From Lama guanicoe (lineage: Eukaryota), in the NCBI GenBank assembly GCA_013239625.1, contig MU054187.1, positions 4,165,757-4,229,756 of the forward strand: 64,000 nt of DNA. Reading direction: 5' to 3'. The translations under genes and the position numbers were made by a program. Of the stretch, positions 38,301 to 50,313 are shown in pieces; positions within the stretch are counted from its first letter, which is position 1, and every line of letters begins with the position of its first letter. The notes below the pieces were generated by a model. It was given only the letters and a program-made list of their open reading frames with translations, was not told the origin of the DNA and ran no database searches.

Positions 38301-40050
38301 ATTATCTAAGGATTGATTGTCCCTACTTTGTTGCCCAGTTATTTAACTAAATTTGTGACCTTGGACAAATCACGGAAAGCCTGTGGATCTTAGTTTTCTG
38401 CCAGTGGAGAAAAGCTACTCTTCATTGGAACAGACCCCCTCCGGGCAGCTTTAGTTACTTCCCAGTTGGAGAGTCATGTTTGATTTCAAGATTTTTAGAG
38501 AAAATTGCGTTTTAACAGTTAATCCTTCAATGCTAACCATTCAATATATTTCTTTTTCTTTCTGCCCTTAAACATTTTTAGAATCAGCAGGAAAATTCTT
38601 GATAATTCAATTTGTTTTCACAGCAGCTCAGCTGGGCAGAGTAACTGGCCCTGGGGAGGACTAATTCTCGGCCCTCCTTGACTGGGGCTCTGGGCGTCTG
38701 GGCCTGTGAACAGACAGGTGCAGGGACTTTAATGTGTCACAAAAAGTCTGTAAATCCTTTGCAGAAATGGTCACATCTGTGTTTTAGAAATGCAGTGGGT
38801 TGTTTTTTTTTTTTTTTAGTTATTTTATTTTAAAAAAATCTAACCAAAAGTTATAGCTATTTTTATAGATTTCTATACTTAACGTTATCCTTTGCAGGAG
38901 TTAGGAGTAAAGGTGTAACTTAGCATTTTGTCCGTACAGTTTGAAACACATGTGGTCTTCTCCCCAGGAATTTAACTTCATGCCTTTGGTCAAATAATAT
39001 TCAGTCAAAAGTCATGTGACCTGTGATGTTATGACACACATTCGTTGTCTTGGCCACCTCCCCAGTAAACAGCGAATGTCTCCAGGACAAGGACCATGCG
39101 ATACCCATTATTTTATTCCCTGAAGCTACCTGACAAGACTGACAACCAACAGATGTTTGTTAAAATGAAAACAAAGTGGTAAAATTCGGCAGCAAAACTA
39201 GGGGCTTTGTGGAAGTCTTCACAGTAATTTTCGAAGCAGAATAAGTAAGAAAATAAGACATAAATTTGCATAAAACTCAGGAAATCAATTTTTAGTGAGT
39301 CTTTGCCTTAAGGGTTTAAAACATCCCAGTTAACTGGAGAACTTGTCAGCATCACAGGAGGCTGCTTCTCCCGCCAGCTCGTCATGACCGACGTGGTGGT
39401 GTCCTTTATGGTTCCAATGGTGCCTCGTCTACCAGTCAGTTGTCGTGGTTACTCCCAAATCTGTTCTGTCTACAGCCAATTGGCTTATCTCAACAGAAGC
39501 TGATCGATTACCATAGATACATACAGTATTAAAGGGACCACATTTCTACTTCCACCCTCAGATGAGCTCTGCTTTGGATTAGCCAATGAGACAGAAAAAC
39601 ATCTTTATCTGGGCATCTGTGACAGTGCTTTTAATTGACGTGTTTTGCTGTGCATTATTTGGAAAGCTTGGCAGATAAGCTCAGCAGGCATCGCAGAGCC
39701 AGCCCCAGCACAGGGACGGCCTCACACAAGGACAGAGGCAGTGCCACTCCCTCCTCCTGGTCCAGCACCTGGTGGCAGCCCGGTGCTGTTGTTGGCTACT
39801 CACAGCAGCCTGTGGAGATGCAGCATCTCACTGGGAGCAGGCCGGCCAGGCTGGCAGACAGGGAAAGCCTGTGGCAGCACTGAGAACACCGCTCGGGCAT
39901 GAAAACTTTGTCCTCGTGAACAGCTGACCATTTCTGTTTGGACTGATGCAGTTTACACCCCTTTTTCTGGAGTAAGTATTTAGTAGCCCCCCCCTCTTTT
40001 ACTCTCAAAAGTGTGCCAATTTGCATGATAGATTATACAATCTCTTCAAC

Positions 40051-40563
40051 TATAGGGTCGGATGTTTTTCAGTCCGCAGCAGCTCTTAGTCGGCCCCTGG
40101 GAAATTTTCAGACTTAAGCGACCCACCTACCCAAGGTAGGGTCCAAACATGTGCAATTTCCATGCATCTCTCATGCAAGTTTGTAACCTGGACTCTGCCA
40201 ATCAGAGTTTACTCCTGAGACTTCCAGTTTGAAGTGATCAGTCTGATGAAAGCGACTCCCTGAAGAACCCTGCTGCTGCTAGAGCCCCGGCTTTCAGGGG
40301 CCAGGGGTGCAAAGCTGCGCTATTATTGGGATGGTGGTGACTGCAGCAGCTGTTGGAACTGGCGTAGCACATCTGTGGCCAAGTTCCCTCATTGGGCTGA
40401 TTCTGCAAGAAGATAAATGTATTCTTGGTAGCTTAGCCTCAAAGAGAGTTTCCAGTCTTCCCCACAATTCTGAGCATGATTCAATATCTTTTAATAAATT
40501 CCTATTTCTTTATGCTTACTGAGCCAGTTTCTATTGCTTGCAACTAAGAAGCTTGACTGATGA
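40051..40563 (+). mobile_element. ERVL-class solo LTR (LTR33-like)
   Basis: ACTCTGCCAATCAGA internally. The 3' end TTTTAATAAATTCCT...GCCAGTTTCTATTGCTTGCAACTAAGAA.CTTGACTGA is typical of LTR33, with AATAAA at 40493-40498. Confidence 0.72.
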
Positions 40564-42006
40564 GTGAGCAAACTTGGAAAATTCGAGTTCATAGGGTATC
40601 CCAGCTGAAGGTCTTCACTGCCAGGTGCACACACGAGAGGAGTGTTTCGTGCACTGAATGCTCTGTATCAAGAACCTTTCAAAGGACAATGTCCTACATG
40701 AAAAGGGCTGCTCATCTGTTGCAAAGATGATCTTGATTACGTGCACCATACATTTATCCAAAGCTACAGGTTATTCTTTTCAAAATGATGCTCACGTCAA
40801 GTGATAAACTTCTTACTTACACATCAAATGGAAAGAAAGGTGTTTGGATGGCAAGTCTGGCATTTTTCATCCTGTGTTTTCCTTACTACATGTTCGGAGA
40901 TGCCGAGTATCTGTAATGCCCACTGTGACCATCAACAGATGGCCTCATTTGCAATAATGTGACCTGGAAAGTGTTTAATTAGCTTTCTTTCCTGCTGCCA
41001 ACTCACTCTCACTTGGATGCACTCATTAGAGAAACTAAACAAGAGCAGATCGTCAAGGCTGGTTGAACCATGCTGATATAGTTTTTAGAAGAGATTCTTT
41101 AAAGATCTCACGTACCATTCAGCTACCAGCAGACACAGCCCATTAGAGGGTGGGAAAATATGACATTTTGGAAATCATCCCCGTGTTCAGGTCAAGAATC
41201 CCAGGTAGACCCTCTGGCACAGTCATTTTCCTGGGTACTTACTAGTTATCAATTTAAGTGAGTACAAATCTGAATATATTTGCACAAAGCCCTTCAAATT
41301 ATTATTCCATTCTTTGTTAGGCAGTGACATTTTTCTTTGATTATAATCTGTAAAGGAACTTATCACAATGAATGATAAAATGTTTGAAGGCCAGTGAACT
41401 AGCTCACAAAGCATTTACTAAAACAGAGAAACAGCGGCATCCTGAGAGACAGCACCGAGGGGGTTCTGGGTCTCCTGCAGGAGCCTGCCCGGAAGGGTCC
41501 TACGTGGCTGTGCCCCTGAGTTGCACACTCATAAGTGAACCAGGGCTTCCAGCTTCTGGTACACAACTGTCATCACCTACTGGGAATCGTATACTGAGAA
41601 CATGTGCAGATTCACAAGTGTATACACACAACTGTCCATGCATATGTTTCTGCCTCCTGAGTTATGAGTCCTTCTGTATAAACAAAAGGGTTACATTTTT
41701 GTGTGTGTGTGGCTTAAAAAAACTGTAGAAGTAGAGATTTGCAAAATTTAGAGAGAACTGTTCATAATTTCCATGGTTTTGAACATTTAAAGGCGTTTAC
41801 CTCCCTCTACATTTGATTCCCAGGTTCCAGCACTGAAATGGACTGTGGTCAACTTGTGGAAGAAAGCTTTCCGGACTCCCAGAAAGTTGGCTAATTTGTC
41901 TTTTTTATCTTTCTTCTTTTTCCCATCGCCCACTCTGTTAACACACTCCCTCATTTTTCTAGTCACTAAAACCTCACCCATTTTGAGTATCACCATTGAA
42001 AAGAAT

Positions 42007-42498
42007 CCTTCACAGATGGACGGATAAAGAAGAGGATATGATGGAGTACTGCTCAGCCAGAAAAGAATGGCCTTTCCCCATTTGCAGCACCGTGGATAGA
42101 CATGGAGGGCATCATGCTAAGTGAAGCAAGTCAGACATAAGAAGACAAATACTGTATGACATCACTCCTATGTGAGGTCTAAAGACTACGACGAACTCTT
42201 GAATATAGTAAGAAACAAGTAGCCTCACAGATACAGAGAAACAACTAGTGGTTACCCGTGTTGGGGCGGCATGTAAGGGTAGGAGATTAAGAGATAGGAA
42301 CTATGAGGTATACAGTGAATAACCTACAAGGATACATTGTTCAACACAGGGACTATAGTCAATAATTTCTAACAACTATAAATGGAGCATAATACTTAAA
42401 AACTGTGAATAACTACTTTTTGTACACCTGTTACTTATATAATATTATTGTACATCAATCATACTTCAATTAAAAAATAAAAATAAATTAAAATAAAA
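42007..42498 (+). mobile_element. 5'-truncated artiodactyl-type L1 3' end with A-rich tail
   Basis: ATGCTAAGTGAAGCAAGTCAGAC...ACAAATACTGTATG...ACTAGTGGTTACC...TACTTCAATTAAAAA. Candidate TSD AAAAGAAT at 41999-42006 and 42499-42506. Confidence 0.92.
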
Positions 42499-42511
42499 AA
42501 AAGAATTTGTC

Positions 42512-42700
42512 GAGCGGAGGGTATAGCTCAGTGGTAGAGTGTGTGCTTAGCTTGCATGAAGTCCTGGGTTCAATCCCCAGCACCTCCATTAAAATAAATA
42601 AATAGAAACAAACAAACAAACAACTCTAATTACCCTCCCAACTTTTTAAAGTAAATAAATGAACAAAAACTCCAATGGGTCACCAGATTTGGGAAAAAAA
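42512..42700 (+). mobile_element. tRNA-Ala(AGC)-derived SINE (Vic-1-like, camelid)
   Basis: GGAGGGTATAGCTCAGTGGTAGAG head, A box 42524-42534, AGC anticodon position 42549-42551, B box GGTTCAATCCC 42567-42577, then ACCTCCA followed by an A-rich linker, CTAATTACC and a tail. Confidence 0.9.
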
Positions 42701-42784
42701 GGGATTCTCCATATTCTTTAACAGTATGGGATCCGCAAACATTTAACTAGGGAACATGCCCTTCCTATTGGTAATGTTTGTGGA

Positions 42785-43005
42785 GCAGTATCTGTGTGCC
42801 TGAGCATGTGTGTTATTTCATCGCATCATTACATCATCATTACAATCACCTTTTAAGGTAGGCACTGTTTTTTACATACCCATTTTATGGATGAGATCAC
42901 CAGGCTTGAAGAAGTTAATAGACTTTCCAGCTATGGAAATGACGTAACCATTGAGCGTGACCCAGGCAGCTCCCAGCACCATGTTAGAACCCTTAGTCGC
43001 TGCTC
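42785..43005 (-). mobile_element. MIR SINE
   Basis: AAGGTAGGCACTGTT...CCCATTTTATGGATGAGA...AGGCTTGAAGAAGTTAA...GACCCAGGCAG. Confidence 0.72.
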
Positions 43006-44104
43006 AGTTAATAGTTAATGAATTCAGTGCTGTGAACCATTAAGCCAGGGCACTGGAATGAATTTTTGGAAATTAGCTAGAGCTTCCACTGGTCTTGGTT
43101 TAAAGGCATAAAATGTCAAACTCACAGAAAATACTTTCTACTACCTTTGATAAATGAAAATATCTTCCTTTTAATATTTCTGGGCTGCCTTGTAGAAGAG
43201 TTTTCTTTCAATTTCAGTCTGAAAAAGAACAAATTGGAAAATGATTTCTACTTCCATGAAGGATTATATATTTACACAAATGCTCTTTTGTAAATGTTGA
43301 ATTTAATTTTCTGGACTTATAAATTGTTAAATTGCATTTTTGGGGAAAAAAATGCTGGAAAGAAAAGTTAAGGAAAAAAGATATTTTTTCTTTAGTGATT
43401 TTAGGATTATACCTAGGGAAAAAATTCTCATCACTTAATATTTAATTTTAGAGTATTTAACTGGATTTTTAAAACCCTAGTCCACTGTTTCTGCTCAATA
43501 CGGCTACAATTGAGAAGTGTAGGAGCAAATGGTTTAAAGAATGAAATTTTCTTCCCACAGGATTTTCTTTCTGAGGAATGGAATTCAGCTGTCAAAGAAA
43601 AACAGTTTCCCCTTCCCTGAAACTCACTTCTCTCCTAGCTGCCTTCCCCCAGCCCCTAGCCATGTAGAAATGACTAGAAGTCTTTCTGAAAGCAGCAAAT
43701 CCCTGAGTGCTCAGCTACCAGAGTTGGTGATTCTCTCCCTGCCACCAACTTACATTCTGAAATAAACTTCTTTTTTCTCTTGGCTCACTTTTTTGGAAAT
43801 AATGAGGATAAGTAAATGCCAAAGTGTGTGTGTGGTGGGGGGAGGGAGGGTTAGAAAAGTGGTTCTGAAGCTCAGAAAAGTTTATGGCTGAGGTTTAGAG
43901 ATTTTCCTGGAACTGACGTTTTTATAGCAGAGTCAGGTCTTCCAGGTGAAATAAAGGCTCTGGAAAAAACCACACCATGTCAGAGCTATTTAAAAAAAAA
44001 AAAAAGCCTCTGTGGGCTGTTTCTTTCGACTCTCCTTTGTCAGGAAGTCGGGGAAGCTTCCCAGATCCTGTTTTCCTAAGGTCCCTTCTCTGCAGAGAAA
44101 AATA

Positions 44105-44106
<2 letters not shown>

Positions 44107-44136
<30 letters not shown>
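44107..44136. repeat. A30 homopolymer
   Basis: Read directly from the sequence. Confidence 0.95.
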
Positions 44137-44140
<4 letters not shown>

Positions 44141-45319
44141 AAAATTAAATTCAATCTTAAAATTCACAGATTTTCCTGACAGGAAGATCTTCTTCATTCA
44201 TAGGATCCATAGAACTTCACTTTTTTCTGAGATCGTAGTTATTCACTGGGGACTCTAATTTTTTCCAGAAGTTTCCATCACTTCTTCCAATCATTTCACC
44301 ATAAATCTGCTGCAAGTCTTCTACCTCAGAAGCAAATACCAAAGCTGGTTTAATGAATGATGTCAGTATATGGTATTTTATCCTTAATCCAGTAAACAGA
44401 TAATGAAGAGAGAAAGTTGATTTGTGATGGTTGATTTGCATCAGTGAAACTTAATCAAATGCTTTTTGTACAGCAAATTGAGGCTCAACAGACTTCTGAC
44501 TCAAATGACTGTATGAGGACATATGACCTCACTTAATTTAAGATAAGAATTGTGTGCCCAAGTAATCGTCTCTGAATTGACAGTTGCTTGAGGTAGGGAG
44601 AGGTGAACAGCATGATAAGGAGGGCTGAAAAGTGTCCTTTGAATTAGGCTTGATAAGAATGAAAAACACTGTTTAACACAAGAGGACACAGATCAAAGCA
44701 CGGAAATTAGCCCAGAGACCCGACACCTTTACCTCGTGGTTTCCGTGCAGTCACATCTCAGACGGCTTTACTCTTAAGATACTAGTCGGCCAGATGGACT
44801 ACAACCCAAATGCCACGTCATGAGTTTATATGGATGACACAAGTCGTGTGGTCGTCTTCACGAATGATAATGATGTGTATTCTCACCTTCTAACTAGAAC
44901 AGTGAATAATGGCGCGTATAGTTCAGTGATTATGTATCCTTAATGAACAGAACTCCCCCATTGCTTCTAATAGCGTCAGGGCTACCATTTGATAATAGCT
45001 CCGCATGGACAGTCCTCTTGGCAAAATAGTATTTCTCTGGACTGGAACATGTGGCCTGTGAACAGTGACAAAATGTTCAATTGATTGGAAATTCCAATTA
45101 ATCTGTATTACTTTGTTAAATTTAAAATGAAAGTTACTGAGTTTCCCCAAAGTGGCAAAATGTGTGCTAAATTCAAGGAATACAGCGATGGGTAAAATAT
45201 AAGCCTTATGCTCCAGGCAATTGTAGACAGGGAAAATGAACATTCATTTCATATCATAATCTCAGGAACTGTTAAAATTGAGTCTAGGATTCTGTGCACT
45301 TCAGGCTTAGTCAAACCTC

Positions 45320-45692
45320 AAAGAGTCCCATTTGAAGAACTCTAGAGGTGTTTTTTTTTTTTTTTAATCCCTCATGTCTAGTCCTCTGTCACGCACATTT
45401 GAGTAGACCCAGCCTCCCAAACTCTGGTCCGTATCTTTTCAGCTCAGCAATCCAGGTGGGCTTACCGTGGCTTCTTCCGCTTGCACTATGGTCTGAAAGG
45501 TGCCTCCAGGTAAGAAGTAGGGTTGAGTGTTAACCTCTCATTTGTTTCCCATCCCCCAGGGACCACAATCTTGCACTGACTTCTCTCCTGTCCAAAGACT
45601 ATATTTCATATATTTCTTGGAATTTTCCAGTGAACTACAGGAAAGGAGCAAATTTAGAACCAGTTACTTTATCATGGCCAGAATCAGAAATC
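45320..45692 (-). mobile_element. Old L1/HAL1-type 5' end fragment
   Basis: ACCAGTTACTTTATCATGGCCAGAATCAGAAATC resembles the reverse complement of ancient L1M 5' termini. Confidence 0.55.
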
Positions 45693-45719
45693 CAAGATTT
45701 ACTCTTTCTTTAAATTTTC

Positions 45720-45845
45720 TTTCTCCCTTCACTAGAAAGTAAATTTCATGGCAACAGAGACCACTTTTATTTTTATATCTCAAGTTTCTTAAATAGTTTC
45801 TGATATAAAAACAGGTCCTCAAATGTGTGTTGACTGAATGAATGG
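45720..45845 (+). mobile_element. LINE2 3' end
   Basis: CACTAGAAAGTAAATTTCATGGCAACAGAGACC...CTCAAATGTGTGTTGACTGAATGAATG. Confidence 0.7.
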
Positions 45846-45889
45846 TGACAAGGAGTATAATCAGGAGGCATTTGAATACACGTGAAATT

Positions 45890-46110
45890 TCATATAAATA
45901 GTGGCTTAATTAGATAGGAGCTTAAGTTTTGTACATTGCAACAAATCTGTAAGCAGACAGTTCCTGGCTCTGGTTCAACTGCAGAGTGTTAAGGACCTAA
46001 TTAAGCTCTGTCTTGCCACTGCGTCCTTAAGGATGGAGGGAAATTTTTTTCTCTTTATGTGCATAGCTTCATGGGTACCGGAAAACAGTCTTGTTACCTG
46101 GCATCTGTAA
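45890..46110 (-). mobile_element. MaLR LTR fragment (MLT1-like)
   Basis: AAATAGTGGCTTAA...GCAGACAGTTCCTGGCTCTGGTTCA...AAGGACC resembles the reverse MLT1 3' part. Confidence 0.5.
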
Positions 46111-47169
46111 AGAACATGTGCTGTGTTAGTAGAGTAGACCTAATTCTTTTATAGAGGACAAAAAAAAAAAAAGCAAAGGGAAGGATACAGCTCATAAGTC
46201 TTAGGTATAGATTTTAATCAAGTAACTTGTGAGTCATAAGGAGAAGTGATAAGATCTAGAGATTATTAGCTCCTAATCCACACAGCTTATTAGATACAGA
46301 ATCAACGTTGCATTTATGCATTAGGGCAGAACAAGGAAGGCTGTTACCTGTAGAGAGAAAGACCATGGAACCCTTAAATATGGGTAAGGTATGGGTGAGG
46401 CCACCTCTGGTTTGAAAGGTATGCCATTCCTAAGCCAGCCCCCGCTGACCACAGCCATCCTGGCCCCGTGTGCCCTTTGCCCATGGCTCATACCTAAGAG
46501 GTGTGGCTGTTCTTCAGACCGTCAGCGAGTGACGCTGTGACTGAGCAGCAGCTGTTGCTTCCAGGCACCTTCTGTCTGTACAGACTCCTTGCTGACGTTC
46601 AGCTCTGGGCTGTATTACACGTTTAGTTTAGGTTTGCTGATAATCGAATCTAAATTCAGCAGGAGACAGCAACATTAACTCCAAAGGAGTATGCATTTTT
46701 GTATATGGAAGTGCAGGTATGCAAGGGTATTTCAATAGAACACCCTATCATCAGAAGGCTTCTTTGTTGATTTGTGTGCCACATCGCACAGCAACATCGC
46801 TCAAACTTTGTCAACGGGAAGGAAAAAGTGTTCAAATCTATTTTTCTTAAGTAAATTTTGTGATCTAATCATCTATGGTTGGTAAAAGGGTTTTTTGTTT
46901 GTTGAGGATTTGAGCTCTCTTAAGAGTTCAGTTTATTTTAAAGGAACACACATGTTGAGTAACAATTTTCTGGCGTGTTTAATTAAACAGCAAAGGCTGA
47001 TGTGGCAGAGAGAGATGCTGGCGGGGGGGCGGGGCACTGCATCCTAACACAGGACGTGGTGAGTCCTTCCCCACCTCCTCTCTGTCCCCTTGCTTCTCAC
47101 TGTAGGGTTTAGGTTTATTTAACTTCCTGTGTGGTCTGAGAAGCTTAGCTGGTCTGTGAGTCCTTCCGC

Positions 47170-47445
47170 CCCATGACCTCAGAACTAGCCTTCCTGGTAG
47201 TGCACCGCGTGGTAAAGGCTACCACGGCACCACGACGTCTCCCCGCCTGGCAGCATGGCCTCCGTGTTGCAGGTGAGTACAAAGAGGTTGGGGGGTGCCA
47301 GCAGGGCCTTGGTTTTGTTGGTTTTTAATAGGCAATTCTCTCAAACTTCCTAACAGACTTGCTGTGACATTTTGCTGGCTAGAACCGTGTCGCACGGACA
47401 CCGCTAGCCTGCAAGTAGGCTGTGAAAGAGAATTTCTCTATCATG
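47170..47445 (-). mobile_element. MaLR LTR fragment (MLT1-like)
   Basis: GCTGGCTAGAACCGTGTCGCACGGACACCGCTAGCCTGCAAGTAGGCTGTGAAA resembles the MLT1 motif TTGGCCAGAACTGTGTCACATGGCCACCCCTAGCTGCAAGGGAGGCTGGGAAA. Confidence 0.65.
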
Positions 47446-47724
47446 GAGATGAGAAAAGTATGGGGATAAACATGGAAACAGGCAACCAACAATGTCTGCC
47501 CCAGGTATGGTCCTGAACCTGAGGCTCAAATCTCTTGTCAGTAAAATATGTCTCTGTCTCTCTCTCATTGGATTTTTGTGAGGATAAAATAAGCCTTGTA
47601 TGTAACATATCTTGTACAGTGTCCGGTCCATCGAAGCTACTCACACAACACTAGTTTTGTCATTCCATAATATCTGCAAAAAACACAAACAAACAAAACT
47701 AGACTTCTTATCAACTTTTTTTTA

Positions 47725-48125
47725 ACCAAGTTCAGACTCCTTAAAATGACAATTAAGGCCTTTTGTAATCTGGCCCCAATCAATTTTTCTCTCTGATTTC
47801 TATCTGTCCCTGATTCTTGGGGTAACTGTGTCAATCTCTGAACACGCCCAGCACTACACATGCTGTGGGACTCCACTGGTTCCTGTCACTCTCACCTCTG
47901 GACCCAAAGCCAGTGCTATGTCCTCACACCTCCCCGTTACCTTCTAGTCAGGACAACTTTCTCTATGCCCTGTGGCCCCAGATATCACTTCATTGCTTTA
48001 TTAAAGCACAGTCTTAAATTTGTTCAAATTAGCCTTACAATGTCCAGTTTTATCATCAGAATATAAGTTTTGGGCAAGACCATCCCCTAGCCATAGGGCC
48101 CAGCACACAGTAGGGGATCAGGAAA
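47725..48125 (+). mobile_element. LINE2 3' portion
   Basis: AAGTTCAGACTCCTTAAAATGACAATTAAGGCCTTTTGTAATCTGGCCCC...GGCCCAGCACACAGTAGG. Confidence 0.7.
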
Positions 48126-49597
48126 ATTTCAGATATAGTGTTAAATCGGGGAGGGGCTTCAAAAATGCACACATTTCCTACCTAATGTTTAATATCCCTG
48201 TGCCTTGAAGTTGTTCTAAATACTTAGGCAATTAACAGCTGTTTTCTCTAAAAGTCTCATTTCAGATTGATGGGTAGGGCTCTGACTAAAATCTCCCCTG
48301 GGCACCATCATTCTCTCTCTGATGTGTGACACTTCAATTGATTCCAACAGGAGATGGAGCCCTGGGGCCAAGGGCAGCCCAAGATGTCAGCTCTGGGAAT
48401 AAATTCAGTTAAAAACTCCTTGTTTTTGTTTGAGGACACACTCCCTCGGCCCTCTGAGTTAGCGTGGGCTACTATCTGTAAGAACTGCTACCGGCCTGTA
48501 ACGGAGAAGGAAACTTAGCCAAGGTGCTACCTCCTGGGAGAATTAAATGTGTGCAGCGTCCGTGATTAAATATAAACAAGAGGAACAAGTTGTTGTGTTG
48601 ACCCACAAGTAGGCTCATTTGAAAAATAAAACCCATCCAGTAACTCTCCTTTAAGTTAAAATCCTAAACACAGGTCATTGGCACTATATACTCAGTACTT
48701 TTAGAATTCAAACAATAAAAGTGGTCCACAGTTTCTATAGACTTAATTAAAAGAAAAAAAAGCCAAGCTATTTCACCATCCTAGAATTAAAAAAAACAAT
48801 TATAACAAAGACTTTTCTCTACAATGGTTTTCAGTTCATCAAGCTATGCTTTGAAAATCTTCATCTAAGAATTTCTTAGTTGGCAAGGAATGTTTTCAAA
48901 AAAGATATCTCCTTTGCATTGAATTGAAAGCTTTGGTAAACATTTCCTCTATTTCATTTCTATTTTGAAGGAACTTGCATGCTTTAAATGGCAAAATAAG
49001 CATTTTGAAATAGTGAAAATGCATTAATTTTCAGAAAACCTATACTGAGCTTATAAAACATTTTACTTTGATAAGAGACATCAGAGGTAATTTTTTCAAG
49101 ATAAATCTCAAAACAGAACATTTCTAGACTTCTGAGATCTTCAGACTGTGAAGCTCTGCGTATTGACCGTATCTCTTTTAAATACTTCACGGATCCTAGA
49201 GAAAATGATATGAGTTTAATATGATAGGACTTTTATTTCTTCTGATCTGCTAATAAAGGACATATTTATAAATAATGTTTATGGTTCCTTGGAACATTAC
49301 AAGTTTATATGACTAATAATAGGAGAAAAGAAAAAAAAAAGAATGACCAGGAATAAATGCTTATTTCTTATTTGAATCTATGGAGAATTTATTTTAAGCA
49401 CGTACATTAAAATATTGACAATCAGATTTCAGGAAATAATAATGCTGAATTTACCTATTTTTGGAGGGATTCAATTCAATGGATAGTTTGCATAAGGCAT
49501 TAAATGTAAGTTCTGAGCAAGATTATAGATGATGGGAAAATTTTAGATATAGCAGAGGAAAGTAGAGCACCCCAGGTCCACCTCCAGATCTGGGGAA

Positions 49598-49660
49598 TCA
49601 GGAGGAAGGAAGGCAGGAAGGCAGGGAAGGAGGGAGGGAGGGAGGGAGGAAGAAAGGAAA
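49598..49660. repeat. Purine-rich (GGAA/GGGA)n low-complexity tract
   Basis: Read directly; contains (GGGA)3GGG at 49632-49646. Confidence 0.85.
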
Positions 49661-49936
49661 AAATTATTTCTCATGGTATTTCTAAGTGCCAATTTAAAAT
49701 ATTGTTTTTAGATTATCTGTAAATTAGAAGTAGCTGGGATTGTGTTGGATCTGTTCATAGATTTGGGTGCAGAATGTCTGTCCTTTTCAGATCATATGAT
49801 TTTTGGACATTACCTTCTACTTAACAACATGGATGGGATCAAATTTTAAAAAGTTGTTCTCTCTAAAAAGATATAATACATCTTCTTTTGGTCTTCTCTT
49901 TCTCCTTCTCTCTCTCCCTTTTACCTTCATTGAAGG

Positions 49937-50313
49937 TGTGTAAAGTAAATTCAACTGTGTACGTTTTAAAGATCTTATTGGCTTTATTCCATGATTCATG
50001 AATTAGACAGCACCCCACCTAGCAGACAGCAAGGAGTTCTGAAAGGCTGTACAAAACTGAAGACTTTTATAGGCAGAATGGGTGGGATAAAGAAGTTACA
50101 AGCAGAGAAAATTGCTTGTGGGAAAGTCACCTTCCTTTAGGGGATGATGGGGGTTCTCAGGCTGGTTACCACACTAATGCTGACCAGGTAATTCCAGAAG
50201 ATTCTCCTGGGGGAGGTTGGAACTGTAATTAGGTTAGGTGTTAAGTCTTGGTTTGGTGACGTGGAGCTTAGCGCAAGTGACTCCATTTGGGTCCTGTTGT
50301 CTCTTTTTTACCA
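49937..50313 (-). mobile_element. ERV1-class solo LTR with intact termini and 4-bp TSD
   Basis: TG at 49937 and CA at 50312-50313, flanked by AAGG at 49933-49936 and 50314-50317. Minus-strand AATAAA (plus TTTATT 49983-49988) and minus-strand TATAAAA (plus TTTTATA ~50066-50072). Confidence 0.88.

Noticed and set aside
42512..42588. Functional tRNA-Ala(AGC) gene
   Set aside because: It continues into an A-rich linker and tail rather than an immediate terminator, shows CpG decay in the stems, and sits at an L1 tail. This fits a tRNA-derived SINE.
44217..44441. Protein-like 74-aa minus ORF (EVEDLQQIYGEMIG...) as a terminal coding exon
   Set aside because: The acceptor is weak, there are no partner exons, and I do not recognise the family; a BLAST hit would be needed.
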